Source: a virus
Lineage: Duplodnaviria; Caudoviricetes
Virus record (IMG/VR): IMGVR_UViG_3300034012_000789
Location: 1-25,157 of that record
Reading direction: 5' to 3' (one strand)
Length of the DNA stretch: 25,157 nt
Positions within the stretch are counted from its first letter, which is position 1; the number at the start of each line of letters is the position of its first letter. The position numbers and the translations under genes were made by a program. The notes beneath the pieces were generated by a model, which saw only the letters and a list, made by a program, of their open reading frames with translations, was not told the origin of the DNA and searched no databases. Shown here piece by piece: positions 24,491 to 25,157 of this stretch.

Positions 24491-25057
24491 TTATTTTTTG
24501 ATTGATTTGATTGCGGAAACAAAGCCAAAGAAATTTTCCTCTTTTTCGGGTTTAACTGAACCGAATGGCTTTTTGGTCGGTTCAGGGGTGGTGGCTGCAA
24601 ACTTTTCAAACACGCTGAAAGTTTCTTCAACTTTGCCAAGAATGTTTACAAGTGCAGTTTCAAGGGTAGCGATTTTCGCTGCCAGTTCTTCGTTAGCGGC
24701 ACGGAGTGCGTCGAACTGCTCAACGGATGCAAACTGATTTTCAACCTCAACTTCCTCAACGGGAGTTTCTTCTTTGGTTTCAATCATTTCAACCACACCA
24801 TCTTTGGTTGTCACCAAAAGACCAGTGGTAGTTTCATGCACTCCATCGGGAGCAGGCACGATGCCTTCTTCGCCTTTAACATTCAGGAGCATTCCGGCTG
24901 CAAGTTCCTCACCTTCAAAAACCACGATAGTTCCGTCAACCAAAGTCAACTCACCAAACGCAGCAGGCACAGGTTCTTCGCTGAAACGCTGCTTCACTTC
25001 TGACATAAATGCCATCAGCGATGCTTTCATTTCGGCTAATTCTGATTTAAATTCCAT
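24491..25057 (-). CDS. Putative scaffolding protein
   Basis: Acidic, PAPDGVH motif, coiled coil. Start revised to ATG 25057, directly after the CTAC motif. Confidence 0.65.
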   Translation of the reverse strand: MEFKSELAEMKASLMAFMSEVKQRFSEEPVPAAFGELTLVDGTIVVFEGEELAAGMLLNVKGEEGIVPAPDGVHETTTGLLVTTKDGVVEMIETKEETPVEEVEVENQFASVEQFDALRAANEELAAKIATLETALVNILGKVEETFSVFEKFAATTPEPTKKPFGSVKPEKEENFFGFVSAIKSIKK

Positions 25058-25061
25058 ATAT

Positions 25062-25073
25062 CTTAAAAGGTAG
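25062..25073 (-). promoter_or_regulatory. Putative late promoter motif
   Basis: CTACCTTTTAAG-ATAT-ATG. Confidence 0.6.
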
Positions 25074-25085
25074 TTATGTTTTGCC

Positions 25086-25157
25086 CTATGCAAAATTTTT
25101 CAGCATGGCGGTAATTTCACGCATCATTTCAAGGACTTCATCCTGTTCTTCCATGTC
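25086..25157 (-). CDS. C-terminus of an upstream gene (prohead protease by synteny)
   Basis: ...DMEEQDEVLEMMREITAMLKNFA then TAG; function inferred from position only. Confidence 0.4.
   Translation of the reverse strand, partial: DMEEQDEVLEMMREITAMLKNFA

Noticed and set aside
1792-25073. Many antisense or alternate-frame ORFs in the track (e.g. 2860-3297 +, 9478-9747 -, 11355-11747 -, 21534-22139 +, 24774-25073 +)
   Set aside because: They overlap well-supported genes, show no motifs and have no initiation context; treated as shadow ORFs.
1-25157. Stop-codon reassignment or prophage attachment site
   Set aside because: Genes are intact under the standard code with TAA, TAG and TGA all used as stops; no integrase, host genes or att-like junction seen.

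Overview
This window is part of a tailed dsDNA phage genome, probably a siphovirus. The host is most likely a Bacteroidota: there are TTTG-N19/20-TAnnTTTG promoters, and Shine-Dalgarno sites are generally absent. No integrase, CRISPR array or IS is visible. Right block (minus strand): probable protease C-terminus, scaffold, major capsid, tail tube, extended portal, adaptor, neck and fibre proteins, lysis cassette. Middle block (plus strand, 9556-16586): replication and recombination genes (initiator with internal iterons, DnaB helicase, DnaA domain IV protein, SSB-like, DUF1599-like, Sak/Rad52) plus a metallophosphoesterase. Left block (minus strand): HNH, sigma-like factor, a glycosyltransferase/methyltransferase cluster interleaved with ParB-like, TerS and TerL, a frameshifting tail chaperone, and tail genes. 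Best leads: (1) a repeated CTACYTWTWWAR motif just upstream of five start codons, a candidate late promoter for the phage sigma-like protein; (2) a tRNA-like RNA with a collapsed anticodon loop and its own promoter and terminator; (3) three dispersed KQTAVEWL...AKEME...TY mini-genes with conserved DNA blocks; (4) a glycosylation cluster inside the packaging operon; (5) a kissing-loop attenuator-like leader; (6) a portal fused to wHTH and Cys/His domains. All functional calls come from motif recognition and synteny; no database search was run.
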